A stretch of 63,495 nt of DNA, filler included, from Reticulomyxa filosa (GCA_000512085.1; 16 parts of 16 records of this genome joined end to end with filler, not necessarily neighbours in it); one strand, 5' to 3'. Counted from the first letter of the whole stretch, positions 25,092-40,125 are shown. Numbers and translations: made by a program. The notes: generated by a model from the letters alone, not told the origin.

Positions 25092-25945
25092 TTCCTTATC
25101 TTTATTCTTATCTTTATTTTTATTTTTTCTTTTTCTTTTGCTTTGTCTTGTTTGTTCTCATTGATGTTGTCTCGATTGGTTCTCTGATCTTCAGTTGCGC
25201 CATTGCGCTCGTGGGATAAACTTTCTTGGCTTGCCACTACACACCATTGCTTTGTCAGTTCTTTCCACAATTGTGACCGCTCTCTTTCTCGCTGTGTCAT
25301 TCGCTCACTCAATGAAGGAAGTATCTTTTCCTTTGGCTTTTTACTTTTGTTATTCACGTCATTGTTATTCACGTCATTGTTATTCACGTCATTGTTATTG
25401 TCATCGTTGTTATCATTTTCAATTTGGTTTGCATTCGCATTGGCTCTTGGTCTGGTCGCTTCTTCTTCTTCTTCTTCTCCTTCGTAATTATAATCGGTAA
25501 CAACGTTCTTGTCTCTGTCTTCACGTGTACACACATTTTTCAATGTCACCTTTGTGGTGTCCACGCACTCGCCAGAATTAAAAGAGGCCATACTGCTGTC
25601 ACTCTTGCTCGTGCTCATTGTCATCGTCATACTCATACTCGCTATACTGCTGCTCGCCGTTGGCGTTTGCAACGACTTCACCGTGGTGTACTCTGTAAAC
25701 GATGACGACGACAGTGAATCCAAAGACGAGGTCGGAGAAACTAAAGGCGTTGCATGCTGCTTCACACTAGCTTTACTGTTGCTTGAGTGCAGTGATGAAC
25801 TGCTCTGGCTCTTACTACTACTGCTGCTACTCCATTTACTCGTCTCGCCTTGAGAACTTCTCTTCCTTGCCAAGTCAGGATGAACGCATTGCTTTCGACC
25901 TTGGATCGCCGGAATTTGATGCAATGAAAACATTAAATGATGCAA
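23826..25945 (-). CDS. TBC-domain Rab GTPase-activating protein (multi-exon; probable homopolymer frameshifts)
   Basis: VRSHVWFVLSGA, DINKDVFRTF (Arg finger), GYCQGMNYIAGFLL (Gln finger), SEEEAFWMF, YIWDLFL; S-rich and N/D-rich N-terminus; frame break in an A-run near 25125. Confidence 0.9.
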
Positions 25946-28900
25946 GTGAACACATCAAGATTCAAATAAATTAATATTTCCCTATCCCCCCCCTCCCCTC
26001 TCCTCTTCTCCCGTTTTCAAGGAAACACTTTCTTCGTTGGGATACAAACTGTTATTGCATTTGGCTTTTTTTCCACTTTATTTTTGTAATAATTTTTTAA
26101 AACATTTCTCTACTTGAATAAATTAATTTCCAAGAAAAATGTCAAGTCGAAATAACGCAAATCATTCTTAAAAAAATCAAAAAGCAAAATAGCTTGGAAA
26201 ACAAAATTTCGTATCTATTTCTTACTAAGCCATTACCTGCCAGAATTGGGTTGAAGATGAAGCAAAATGACGGATTTTATACCGTAGTGGTCAACACCAA
26301 AAAAATAAACAATATTTCATGTACCCTTTTTTCTTGTGTTAAAATTTTTTTGAAGTTTAAACAAAGTACAAAAGACTTTGCAATGAATGTGTTGCAATTT
26401 CAAAAATTAGCAGAAGTCAAAAGTTTTGTTTTTTAAATCTATACCTAAAAAAAAGGAAAATTGTGAGTGAAATGATGTACAGAACAACTGGCTTTGGAAG
26501 ATCTTGAAAGAGAACGACAGCAAGCAGTAAGGAGTTTGCTGGAAGCAAAGGACGCATTCAAAGCGTCCGTTCCTCAACATTTGTTACAAACCAAACTAAT
26601 TGATTGTTTAACCAATGAGGCCTCAAATACATTGCTTATGGCGTCTCGATTGGGTCTGTTCGACACAGCAAGAGAGTTGAGATAAGAAAGGAATATTTTT
26701 TTGGGTTGAAACTTAGAATTTGGCAACCAATCAAATTCAAAAAAGAAAGTTTGTGTTTATATTGAAACTGATCAGGAAATATGGATTAAGCAAAGAGTCG
26801 TCGGAATTACAAACCAGTTCCTTTCCAGCAACTCCATTTCCATCCGAAAAAAAGTAAGAATTGATATAACTGCTTTCTGTATGGGTGAGGTTTTTACCTA
26901 GCTCAAAAGGCCTCGTTGTTGAATGGTTGTACTATTTACACTGACTTTTTTTCGTATTACAACTGTTAATCTCAAATATTTGTCATAATTTAATTGGTTT
27001 TTGTCTTTTTTTCAAATGAGTCGTATTCTTTTCTCTTTCATTCACGGGGACAGCTATCAAATTTATATACTATGTCCCATTTCAATTCCTCCAGCAGACT
27101 CACTACAGTAAAAATGTTCAAAAAAACTATACAAGTTTTCTCGCTTTCATAAAGAATATACCCATGATGATAACGAAATGTTGGCGCTTTGGAACATCTT
27201 TTGATTAAGCTGGTCTTGATATTAAATTATTACAAATGAAAAATTATAAAAACGGTCAACATTCAAATTAAAACAAAAAATATTGTAGACTTTTTAGATT
27301 TTTAGTTGCTTTATCGAGCAGAACATACGGAACTTCTTGTTCAACGTTTGGGGCTGTTCGTTAGAACTTCGCTGCTTAAGTGTAGCTCTATATTATTATT
27401 ATTTCTAATTTTTGTTAAAAATTGGCTTTTGTATTATTCGCAGAAATGTCGTCTTTTCTTTGGCAACGCTTGCCCGGCCCAAGGTATTTTCACAAACTAT
27501 CTTGTCAAAACGTTCTAACGCTACTATTGTTTTTTTTCTTTGTAAAGCAATTCATCTTCTTCAAGTGGCTCAATGGAGCACTGTGTAGAAACGTGGCTGT
27601 CTTCAACTCATGGAAGACGAACATTTCCGTTATTTTCCTCCCAAATATCCCCCTCAAAAAACGCTCTTAATCAACAATACCAATGTTCTAGCTACATTGG
27701 CAGTGATGACAATGACAAAAATAACACTGATGTGGATATGAAAAGCATATACAACTATAAACAGAGTAATAATTCGTTGTCAACTGACATTCATAGGCAA
27801 CAATGGAAAGTAAACAGTGCCAGTTTTATTGACAACAAAAAAATGCACTCCAATTTGCGCAAAATAAAGTCAAGAAAACGTCGTTTGAAAGAAGTGCACA
27901 CGAATGACAAAGGCCAAGCCATTTCAAGTGAGGACTACAGTTTGATGTGCGGAGTACCTCCTTCAAAAAAAAAAAAAAAGAGCTTTGGTGTGACACGAAT
28001 ATAAATGTTCAGTTTTTGCATGTATTATTTTTTTTTTTGGGATATGGCACTGTTTAAGACAAATGCCTAATTTTCAATATTAAGCGAGGAATTAGAGATA
28101 CAAATTTGCTGAAATAAGCACAGTACAAATCTTACGTCACTTTTGATCAAATTTATAGTTTTACAAATTATTGGCCAAAAAAGAAGTGCTTATTGGATGT
28201 GTCCTAAATTCCAACAAGGACATTAACACTTTCATTAAAATTACCAAACAAATGTTTTCTTGTCTTCAAATAATTTTGATGACATTGAATTGCTTGATCA
28301 TATTGTTTGTTGTCATCATAAGACATAATAAGTGTCAGCAACACCTTTATTATAAAAATCAAAATATGTAATTAATACAATATAATAAAAAAGAAAGTTG
28401 ATATAAAACAGCTCTTTATACAGATTATTGGTTTTCTTCATGAAAAAACAACATCCAGACTTAATTATATGAATAGTGTAGTTTTTAAATAGATTTTGGT
28501 TTTTTATTAAATCTTTCATAATTATTTCAATATTAGTCTTTTTTTTTAGTTCTTTTTGAAAACGGCTAAAGTAGTTGATAATTTTGAGTGACGTGATGTT
28601 GAGCTGTGAGTTATTGCTGGAGTTTAAGCAAAGTTTCAAACAAATCTTGTATAAGTTATGAATGTGTACGTAAATTAAAGCTTACGTTTAATGCTGAAGG
28701 AATTATTAAGAAAAAGCCAAGAAAATTGCTTTTATTAAAAGCATTAACGTCTTGTTACAATGTGGATGATTACTGATTATAAAAGCAAAATTAATTTAAA
28801 TTGTAGTGATAAAATGTATCATACTTAGAAAATGTAGCAAAACTATATCAAATATTTGATTTATATACAAATTATGTAGCTATCAGCATAGTCGAAAATA

Positions 28901-29743
28901 TGTTGTTGCTAATGAAAACAAAAATATACAAAAACAGGCCATTCAGATCAAAAAAAGAACTTTGGAAACAATTTGAATTAGAATGTGAAAAAATTGATAA
29001 AGAAATATGTATAAACTTAATAAAATTAATGTCATGTAAATGTTGATTTTTCATGAAAATACATTAATCTTTTTAGCTGTCAATTTTACATTTCACATTA
29101 TCTAATATTATCAATTTACCTTTTATTAAATACATATAATAATTTCGAATTGATTTTTAATACGTTATCATTGCTTATCAATTGAATAAATGGATAATGA
29201 GAAGATGATGATAAATCTCCTTTACATTCTGATGTTCAATATGCAATAAGTATAATTAATTCATTCTCATTATAATATATCATTTATTTAACAACTTTTG
29301 CTACTTCTACATTTGCTTTTCTCCAAGTTCAATGTTTTTTGAAATCAATGCTACTAAAATATCTTTATTGTTGTTTTCGCTTTGTACTTGTTGCTGTTTT
29401 TTTTCAGTAGTCGCAATTTGGTCATCTACAGAGAGCTAGATGATATTTCAAAACAACACTTGGTCAAACTTCAAAAGTTAAACCTTAAAAAAAGTCTTCC
29501 AAACTCACTGTTCCTACACTAGTGTCGCTTTGATATTGATATTACAACTTGACAAACAAATTTTTCTACTAAGGAAATGATACTGGCAAAAAAAGAAAAT
29601 TTTTATTTATTTAAACCATTAACAAAGTATATCGAACGTGTCAAAATGACTTTGTTAAAACAAATGGACGTCAGATTTTTAAATGACAAGAGACAGCTAT
29701 TTATTAAATGGAACATAAGAGATTTGGTTCAATTGACAAAAAT

Positions 29744-31948
29744 TTAACTTTTTTGTACTGTTTCAGTGGAAGACAGAAAAGGGGCTGTCCATCCCAAAAA
29801 ATGAACGATGCCATTACCAGAACCATAACACAAAGCATAATCATGATTATTTGTACTGTTCTTGGTTTTCTCACTATTCTTTGTGTTTTGATCCAATGGC
29901 ACAAATTCAAAAGAATATATTCCGTTATTATCGCCAAACCCTTTGACTTCGTGTAGTTGTTTACTGGTCCGGGTGTCCCAGAATCGAATTGTATTATCAA
30001 TTGATCCAGAACATATTATGTTTGTAGCACTTCCAACTGGCAAATATTCAACAGCCCATACATCATTCGTATGCCCTTTGAAGACATGGATTTGTTTTCC
30101 TGTTCGAATATCCCACAATCGAATTGTTTTATCATCTGAACCAGAGTATATGACATTACCACCAACAATATTTGTTTCATTTCGTGAGTATTTTACAGTT
30201 CTCACTGTACCTTCATGTCCATTGAAAACAATTAATTGTTTTGTGTTTTCGATATCCCATAATCGAATAGTTTTGTCAAATGATCCAGAGCAAATGGTAT
30301 ATCCATTACCACCAATCATACCAATTTTATTAGTATCTTTACTGTTACTTTGCAAAGGTGAAAATTCAACACATCGAACACCACTTGTATGTCCATTGAA
30401 AATATGTAATGATTTTGATGTTTCAATATTCCATAAACGAATGGTATGATCAACTGATCCAGAACACAAATACATCCCATCAGTGAATGGAGAAAATTGA
30501 ATGCTGCAAACAGGACTGCTATGTTCTTTGAAAATTTGATATTCCTTGGCTGTTTTGATATCCCAAAAGCGGATAGTATTGTCATGTGATGCTGAACAAA
30601 TGGTAGGATGGTGATGATGAATACGATGATATGGAGAGAATTTTGCATTGACAACGCCACTGGAATGTCCATTAAAGATCTGAATTTGTTCATTGGTATC
30701 CAAATCCCAAACACGGACTGTGTAATCATGTGATGCAGAACAAAGAAATCTACCACCATCAAGTGATGAATATTGAAGACTATATACAGCATCGGAGTGT
30801 CCACTGAAAATTTTAAATAGTCCAGAATTATATATATCAAAAGTATAATTTGAAGAATGTTTGTATTTGGAAGATAAAATATTATCATTTTCTTTTTGTT
30901 CATCTTTGTTAGATAGTTTTTGAACATCTTGAATGAGTCTTTCATTCTTTTCTTGCAATAACTTAATGAGTTGGTCATAATGTGATAATTGTTTATTTTC
31001 CTTTTCATTAAAATCTCTTTTAATTATTTCAATATCAGCACGTAATTTGAGTAATTCCTGTTGAGAATCTCTTTCCATTTTTTGTATTTCATTGTCTTTC
31101 TCCAATAATTCTTTTTGTTTCAATTCCATTATTTGAATTATTTCTTTCTTCAATGATGAATTTTCATTAATCAAAGATTCATTTTCTTCTTTCTTTTCAT
31201 TTGTTTTTATTTGTACTTTTAATTGTGTAATTTCATTCTATTTTTTAAAATATTATTTGTTTCTCGTTCGTATTTTAATATTTTTTATTTTTTATTTTTT
31301 TTTTTAAAAAATAATTTAACTTGATAAAGTTGAATAGTTTGTTTTAATGAATGAACAAATTTAACAACCAAGTCAAAATGAAATTTTAATTTTGAAATTA
31401 AATGTTCTTGTAATTTTTGTTTATTACAATGATAATCACATCCAAATAATTTATACCAACAATCTACTGATTTCAAAGGACAAGAATCTTCTAAATGATT
31501 ATATAAATCTTTCATCTGTCCTTTAAAATTACACATCATTTTTTCACTCTCTTCTCCTTCTTGATTAGATGTTTGTGAATCATGTTCAAATTGTAGTGGA
31601 CATGTGACTTGCAAATCATCAATAAATAGCTTAGCTACTCTATTTTGAGAATATACACAACCATCATGAGGCTGAACAGGACAAGAATTAGGATTTGTTG
31701 TTAAAAATTTCTTCAAACAATTTTCTCCAACAATAAGTGATTCTTTCGATTCTTTATGTTGGGTGCAAGTAATTTCAATAGGATTTCTCGCAACTTGTTT
31801 GCAAATCAAACAAATAAAATGATTCATTTGTCCTTGCTGGTTCAGCTGTAAAAGCCAATCTTTACTGAAACATGAGCGTTCAAAAGAAGATGAAATCACT
31901 TCAATTTCTAGCTCTTTTGTCAGTTTTTCATCATCTGCTTTGCTCATT
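29744..31948 (-). CDS. RING-like/TRAF-type zinc finger, coiled coil and WD40 repeat protein; exons 31948-31321 and 31237-29744
   Basis: CLICKQV..CTQH..GENC..CPVQPH, VTCP and CNFKG..HLEDSCPL..CWYKLFGC zinc motifs; an 83-nt GT..AG intron joins in frame to about seven GH..WD repeats. Confidence 0.88.
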
Positions 31949-32723
31949 TTTGTTTCTAGAGACTCGTATTTATTCAAAGTTTTTTTTGAACGGGGAATAC
32001 ACATCTCGACAACCAACTGCTAACATTAAAGATTGCTTGTTTTAGTTTCAAATATTCAATTAATTATCAATCAAAAAGAAAATAGACGTTTATTTGACTA
32101 TTTTGTAAATCTTCCAATTAAGTAGATTGTATGAACCTATTTTCGAGATTACGGATTCAGTCATAATTTCAAATGATGTAAGGATCTGAATCTCATTTCA
32201 TTCAAGAACGTTTCCAAATGGACTTAAAAATTATTGGAAATTACTAGTCAAATCATAGAAACGTATTTGAATTATCATAATTTTCAAGAATTTTCTTGCT
32301 TTTTTTTGTCCATGATTAAAAAAAAACTGGTTTATTAAAATATTTTTATTACCTGTGCACGAATAATCAAAACAAAAAAAAAGTGCAAGTCCCAACTTCC
32401 GTACATTTTAAAAAACAACAAAAACTGTATTTATCCTTAATTTGATGTATCCTTTTTTTCCTGATTCAAAATATTTGTCCATAAATATTTTTATTATTGT
32501 ATGGGAAGTTATTTTTAAGGACGAAATAAAGGATATGCAAGATTTTAAATGCAATTGCACTACATCATTTGGGAACCTTCCCTTTATTTTGAAAGAGATT
32601 GGATTGTGATTATTAACTACTATTTTTTTTTGTTGGGCCAGCTTTCTTTCTAAAGGATTTTTACACAAACTGAATTTTAGAAATAAAACGACTTTAACAT
32701 TTTAAACTTACGTAACAGCAATA

Positions 32724-33560
32724 ATGTGGAGTTCAGAAGGCTGTTTGGAGAAGTCTTGGCTGTCTTACCGAAATAGCACTGAAAAGTTGAAAACCTTGGA
32801 ATGTTTGCTATGTCATAAGATTGCAAACAACGCAGTAGAACTGATCTGCGAAGACCACGAAGAAACAAAAAGTGCATTAATTGTAGGAGAGAAATGTTTA
32901 AAGCAATATTTGATTAATAACAGAAATCAATGTCCAGTAGAAAATCACGATCATTGCAAATATGGAAAAGCAAAATTAGTGAGGCAATATGTAGATGAAT
33001 TGGTAGTGACTTGTCCACGACAATTTCTATTGAATTTGCAACTGCATCAACAACCATTAAATCAAGTCAAAGAAGAATCACAACCGCAAAGATCAATACA
33101 AATGCCATCAGTTCCTATGTGTACATTTGAAGGAAAAGTAAAAGATGTGAAAGAACATTTGGAGCATTCTTGTGGATTAATCGAGTTGGAATGTCGATTC
33201 AAATCATTTGGATGCAATGAAATTTTGAATAATCAAAATATTGGCTCACATATGCAAGTAGCAATGGCAAGACATTTGGAAATGTTGACAAATCAATTTG
33301 TGATTTTCCAAAATAAATTCGATCAGATGCAGGTTTATTTACTTTTTTTTTTTTTTTTTTAATGAGTAATTACAAAGACATTGTAAAAACATAAGCATAC
33401 AAATGAAAGGAACAATTAAACAAAGCCGAATCAAAAAATGAAGAACAAGCCAAAGAGATTGAACTTTTGAAGACAAATGCACAAACACAAAATATTCGAA
33501 TTGATGATCTTGTCAAAGACAGTACAAATTCGTTGCAACGTGAACAATATTTGAATTCTG
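32724..33560 (+). CDS. RING-like/TRAF-type zinc finger protein, 3' partial; paralog of 29744-31948
   Basis: CLLCHKIANNAVELICEDH..GEKC..CPVENH, VTCPRQF, CTFEGKV..HLEHSC..CRFKSFGC, followed by a coiled-coil exon. Confidence 0.8.
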
Positions 33561-33617
33561 TTCAATTATTCAAAGTTATTTTTATTGTTTTCAAAGCATT
33601 GATTGAGATGAAATAAC

Positions 33618-33660
<43 letters not shown>

Positions 33661-36282
33661 TNNNNNNNNNNNNNNNNNNNNNNNNNNNNNNNNNNNNNNN
33701 NNNNNTTAATTAATTAANNNNNNNNNNNNNNNNNNNNNNNNNNNNNNNNNNNNNNNNNNNNAGTAAATACAAATGAAATATTTTCACGAATGATATTAAT
33801 TATCTTCTTCTTTTGAATTATTTAATGCTCTTATATTTCAATTCAACATAATATTTCAGGACACACAATTTAATATTAAATTGATATGTTTTGGATTGTT
33901 TCAGTTATATTAAATCAAATTGTCCACTTTTTTCATTAAAGCAACTGCAGTTCATAATTTCATTAAATTGACACATAATATCAATTGCATATTATCTTAT
34001 TTTAATTTATATGACAATCCAAATTTGATTGCATATAAATATTTATAATTATTAGCCCGTACATAAATAGGAGTTTTAGAATTATAAAACAAAAAAGTTT
34101 TATTCATGATTACTTTCTCAATGTATTATTTTGATTTTATCATAACATCTTTCAAAGAATCATTGTTAGAGCAATATTTACAATTATTAATATAACAAAA
34201 ATAATTTGCAAATTCTTTATTTTAAAGAAAAAATATTTGTTTTTTTTTCAAGAAATTAGAAATTCTTCTATTCTTTTCTGTTTTTTTTTTCCGTCTCTTT
34301 AATAAATCTATAGACATATTTTAAAAAGAACTGTTATAATATTTTTTGTTTTTTAACAAAACGTAAAAGAAATTCATACTCCGAATAGGATTGTATTCCA
34401 AAATATGCACAATTAATTCAAAGTGAAAATCTTCAACCTCTATGGCAATATTAAATACCTTGTTCACAATAACCTGAAAAATTTTAGCCACATTATCTAT
34501 TTTGCAAACGAGCAATACACTAATGGTGCGTGCATTTTCTGAGCAAATTTTTGCACTTGAGTTGGAAGTTGCTGTTTATACGTATCTGGAAATCCATCAA
34601 ACAAATTATATTTCGTCCAAATTAAGAATAGCATAAACACTTTTTTTTAAGTTTGTAATATGTACCAACATTTTTTTTTCTTTTTAAAAATAATACTCAA
34701 TAAATAACGTATTTTTTTTTCATCGCCTCTTTATATCAAGTCTTCACAGAATGTAAAGATTGCCTTGGTCAAATCAAAAGCAAATGATACTACTTTTGCG
34801 TCACTACGTGCTAGTTGCATCAATGTACTAAAGTCTTTTTTGCACGTCTGGATCCCATTTTTTAAAACAAATGTATTTGCCCCTTCCCTTTTTTTAGCTT
34901 CTAATTTAGAATTTCAAAAAAATTTAATCTCGAAAGTATAATTTTAATTTATGCTTTACTTGAACAAAAGCTATAAATTCAATACATATTTACATTGCAT
35001 TCTGATTCAAAAAAATTAAAAAAGAATCTAGATTTAAATAATCTATTTTTACCACAACATGATGAAACAAAAACCTATCCTTTCCTGGAAAGTTTTTACT
35101 CTTGCAAAGAAAAAGTATATGAAATAACATTGATTAAAAAATGCCAAAGTTAACACATAAGCAAACTTTTGTCATCCTTTGTTCATTGCATTGTGTAAAA
35201 ATTGTGATAAAAATATTCCAATGGAATACAGTTGTAAAATTTTTTTTCGAAGTAATTATATGAAAAAAACAATTGTGTGGACACATTTTCAACGAGCATC
35301 TATTACAATGAAAATCCGATTTACAGATAGCTGCAAGCGTAAAAAGTGTTAACTTTGCTATGAATGTCTGTGTCGCTTCAATCAATAGAGTTCATTGTAG
35401 TAAAGAGCGTATGTTTATCATTTTATTTATTGTAAGGTTTATGAATATAATAAAGCTTGGTCATGTTTGTTTACATTCCAATTGGTTTTTATCAACCATA
35501 AATATGGCGCGCGATGATGCTGGACAGTCCTATTGCCATTCACGTTTCAAAATACGCTTTTGGTAAATATATTTGTATTCTATAGTCAATTGCATTGTTT
35601 TATATTTTATTATATTCATACAATTCGTAGCAAAGAGGAAATGCATGGAAAAATCCACACTTTGAGTTTTTTATTTTATTAAATACCCTTTTTGTGTTCT
35701 CACAAAAAACAGAACAAAGTGATATCAATGATCGTAATGACAAAACCAAGACAACCTGGCGTTGCAATTGGAGAAAAAGTTTGTGGGAACCAAGCAAAAT
35801 GGACACACTGGAAGAATTTGTTTTGTATTTTGAGAAAAGCGTTGGAAGGATACGCTGTCGCGCATATAATGTATTTAATTATTTAACTTACACACTACGG
35901 TTTGTCTGGTTAAAAAATAATCTACTACTATATTGTGCACTTTTTGCCAATCATTTAATGGACGTAATATTTTACCACCACTAATCATACTATGTTTATA
36001 ATATTGGTAATGTAACACATTCTCCACAACGTGATACTACAGTAGAATGCAAAGTAAAGTTGACACCTAAAATGGCACCTTATAGAGATGATTGATTTTC
36101 TTCATGAAAAAACAACATTCAGACCTAATTTTTTTTTTAAAAAATATCTACAAATCGTGTACTTTTTTAAATATGATTTTGGNNNNNNNNNNNNNNNNNN
36201 NNNNNNNNNNNNNNNNNNNNNNNNNNTTAATTAATTAANNNNNNNNNNNNNNNNNNNNNNNNNNNNNNNNNNNNNNNNNNNN

Positions 36283-37281
36283 TGAACAATGCATGCGCTG
36301 CAAAAAAAATAAAAAAAAAAAAAAAAAAAATGTTAGTGCATCTCGTGTGTATACCCAAATGCTGAGTATAAATGGAAGACTATTTGTCGTTGGTGGCGAA
36401 CACGTCGAACAAGACAACGGACGGAAAAACACAGGGGAAGAATTTGATTGGAACACGAAGGAATGGCAAATATTGCCGCCCATGTCTTGTCGCAGGTGGA
36501 ATCATTGCGCTTGTGTATTGCATTCGTACGAAGATTCCAAGTCGAAGGCGGCCATTCCACCACGAATTTTTGTCGCAGGTATATACGTTGTATTGAATGT
36601 GTAGATCAAATAATGGCTTGAATAACAAACATTTCTTACTTTGTTATCAACGCTCACAAAAAAAAAAAAAAAGGTGGATGGAATCCAACAACAAAAGAGT
36701 ATTTGTTAAGCTGTGAGATCTACAACACTGCGACAAATCAGTGGGAATCAATATTAAATATGAAATATGTCCACTCTTGTGCAACGGCCATTGAATGGAA
36801 GTCTCGGTCGAAGATTTTGGTGATTGGCGGACAAGCGGGGCTGTTGGAATCCAAGAAAACAGCCAAGTCTCCTAGCGGAAGAGAAAATAGCAAAGACAAG
36901 GATGCGAGTGCCAACAACACCATTACTTCGATGGTAAAAGACTTTGGCAATTTCCGATGCGTTGAGGTATTTGACATGAAGACTCAACAATGGTCACAAT
37001 GGCCCTCGTTGAACTCGGATCACGGTTTTTATCCAGCCGTTTGGTGCAGTGACGATGATGAAAAGATTTATGTTGCTGGCAATGGAACGTCTCCACAAAC
37101 TTGTATCGAGTTTTGGGATTCGAGGTCACATTCTTGGAAGGTTTTGGACGACTCCATCCCAATTGGAGAGTCCAAATGTCGACGAATGATTGCATCCCAT
37201 TTGAGTGATGATTTACTCGAAAAATGGAAACGGTCTGAATTTGCTGAGTCCAGTTTTAACATTCAAATCGACGAGTTGTGA
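36283..37281 (+). CDS. Kelch-repeat protein, 5' partial
   Basis: Kelch blades RLFVVGG..W, RIFVA/GG..CEIYNTATNQW, KILVIGG..VEVFDMKTQQW and KIYVAG; intron about 36579-36673. Confidence 0.85.
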
Positions 37282-37706
37282 TCAAGACAATACTTCTGCA
37301 CTCGTTTTGAAACTGAAATGGATGCTTTCTTATTTCGCTTCATTTTGTTTGTTTTAGACTAGGTTTGCATGGTGTTACCAAAAAAAATAAAATAAATAAA
37401 AAGTTTTGGCTTTCGTTTTATGTTTTGTCATTGTGGAAAAAAGTCCAAATCATGTTTTATAGTTTTGAGTTGGAATTGTTTGTTTTTATGAAGAAACGTT
37501 TTTTTTCAACGTTGTTTTTGTGTCAAATTCAAAAGCCTTGTTTTCATATCACGCAAGTCAAATGCAACAATGTTACTTTGTCAAGATTTATTTGCTAAAT
37601 TTTAAAAAAATGGCGACAACATTTTCAAAAAGTGAGGGGAGAGTTCTTTTTTGTACGTACTTGAGTTTAGTTACTTTTTTGTCATCTACTATCACTTAGC
37701 TTAAGA

Positions 37707-38757
37707 ATGTCTTCTGAAGAAAAAAAAAAAGAAACCTCGAAAGACACAGACTTCTCTTTGAGTAACAACTCCTCAAAACTAATATATAACGAAGGTTCAA
37801 TAACTCGAAAAGTGAAAAGAGTATTAGTAACAGGAGGATGTGGTTTTATTGGAAGTCATTTAATAGATAAATTAATGGAAAAAGGTTATGATGTATTATG
37901 TGTAGATAATTTATTTAGTGGAACAAAAGAGAATATAATGAAATGGTTTGGAAAACCAAGATTTGAATTTGTTCGTCACGATATAACACAACCATTATTT
38001 GTGGAAGTGGATGAAATTTATCATTTAGCATGTCCAGCATCTCCAGTATTTTATCAAAATAATCCAATAAAAACAATAAAGACATGTGTAATAGGAACAA
38101 TGAATATGTTAGGTAAAATAATATTTAAATAATTATATAAATAATATATACATATATAAATAATATATACATATATAGGTTTAGCAAAACGTGTTAATGC
38201 AAGAATATTATTAGCAAGTACAAGTGAAGTATATGGTGATCCTGATATTCATCCACAAAAAGAAACATATTGGGGTCATGTTAATCCTATTGGAATTAGA
38301 AGTTGTTATGATGAAGGAAAAAGAATGGCAGAAACATTAATGTTTGATTATCATCGTTTTAATGGTGTTAATATTGCTGTTGCAAGAATTTTTAATACAT
38401 ATGGTCCTCGTATGTTAGAAAATGATGGACGTGTTGTTTCAAATTTTATTGTTCAATCATTACGAGTTAAATATATTAATATTAATTTTAATTTTTTAAA
38501 AAAAAAATATATAATTAAAATTAAAATTAGGGAGAAGCTGTTACTATTTATGGTGATGGTAGTCAAAGTCGTTCTTTTTGTTATATTGATGATCAAGTTA
38601 GAGGATTAATATCATTAATGGAAAGTGATCAAACAGGTCCAATTAATATTGGAAATCCTGAAGAATATACTATTAAACAATTAGCTGTTGCAATTCAAAA
38701 ATTGGTCAAGCAAAAATTTCCAAATGCATCTCCTCCTGATGTTATAAATGAATATAT
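37707..38757 (+). CDS. UXS1: UDP-glucuronate decarboxylase (UDP-xylose synthase), 3' partial; exons 37707-38112, 38179-38465 and 38531 onward
   Basis: [82 protein letters not shown]. Confidence 0.95.
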
Positions 38758-39007
38758 NNNNNNNNNNNNNNNNNNNNNNNNNNNNNNNNNNNNNNNNNNN
38801 NTTAATTAATTAANNNNNNNNNNNNNNNNNNNNNNNNNNNNNNNNNNNNNNNNNNNNACTTTCTGTTTCTTATCTTTGTAGTATTCGTTCTTCAAAAACA
38901 AAACAAAAAAAAAAAAAAAAAAGATGCATATCGATTTCAAAAGTGTACATATGTATGTGTATTATTATTTTTTTTGATCATTATTTGTGCTTAAAAAAAA
39001 AAAAAAA

Positions 39008-40087
39008 GGTTGGTGTTATTATGGTAAACGGTGTTCATTTTCTCATGGCTTGCAAGAATTAAGACCAGTGTTCCGAAGCAAGAAATGGCGAACTAAGTGT
39101 TGCCGCAATTGGCATACACAGCGTTATTGTCCATATGAACACAGGTTTAAGAACATGTTATTTTTTTTTTTTTTCTTTCTTGCTCCTCTCCACCCCCCCC
39201 CCCCTCCTCCTTCTTGCAAACAATAAATCAAAACTTAAAAAAAAAAATCGCTTTCCCGCCGGAGTTTTTTTTTTTGTTTACAAAAAAAAAAAATTGTTGT
39301 TTGTGTGTATGTGAAACGTACAACACAACACAACACAACACAACTTGAAAAGATGCCAATTTTTGCATGATCAATCATTATCTGGACGAAGTGATAGCGA
39401 TTCGGACAAAAAGATGGAAGAGCAAGACGAAAACAAAAAATCAGCAACAGTGAACTCGAGCGACGGAACGACTCCTGAGAGTGCAGAGAAACTTACCGAA
39501 CAGTGTACGAACGTGTCAGAAGCGGCGTCGGAGGACCCTCAACTGAAGACACGGAAAGATGCAACAGACGAACCCCCATTGTATTACCACTATCAAGTGG
39601 GGCATTCTCCGCGCAGCAATGAAAACAAAGAAAACATTAATACTTCCAACAAACATAAAAATGAAGATCATGAACAAGGTGATGGACAACAACAACAACA
39701 ACAACAACAAGAACAGCAAGAAACAGTGAATGAAAGTGGAAACGCACAAAAAGATGACAGCGATCATTCCAAGAGCTCGTCGCCCAGCCAATCGATGCAA
39801 CATCACATCCGAGCGCCTTTGCTCAACAACAGGAAGTCGCAAGAACCAAGAGATTGGAAACATGCGAAAACAGTGCAAGTCGCAGATGCAGGAGGCTGGA
39901 CCGCCAAGCCCAACGAAAGTTTAGAATCATGCTTTGATACGTATACGTATACGTATACTTTTATATTTTTATTTAACTTTTTTTGTGCAATACAATATTA
40001 CACTTTTAAAAAATAAAACAAAATAAAAAAAAAAATAAATATATATATATACATAATAATTGTCATGTATTCAATACGTGATGAAAG

Positions 40088-40125
<38 letters not shown>

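Noticed and set aside
25031-25140. KIKIKIR..IMIMIM protein tail or programmed frameshift in the TBC gene (likewise near 43000 and 43998)
   Set aside because: One base gained or lost in an A-run restores a sensible frame (NKNKDK..DNDND..LKRLH); typical homopolymer sequencing error
33762-36182. Genes in this AT-rich contig (also 18526-19750, 26470-28010, 49169-50260 and 50451-51600)
   Set aside because: Only short ORFs or stop-riddled fragments with no motif I can assign
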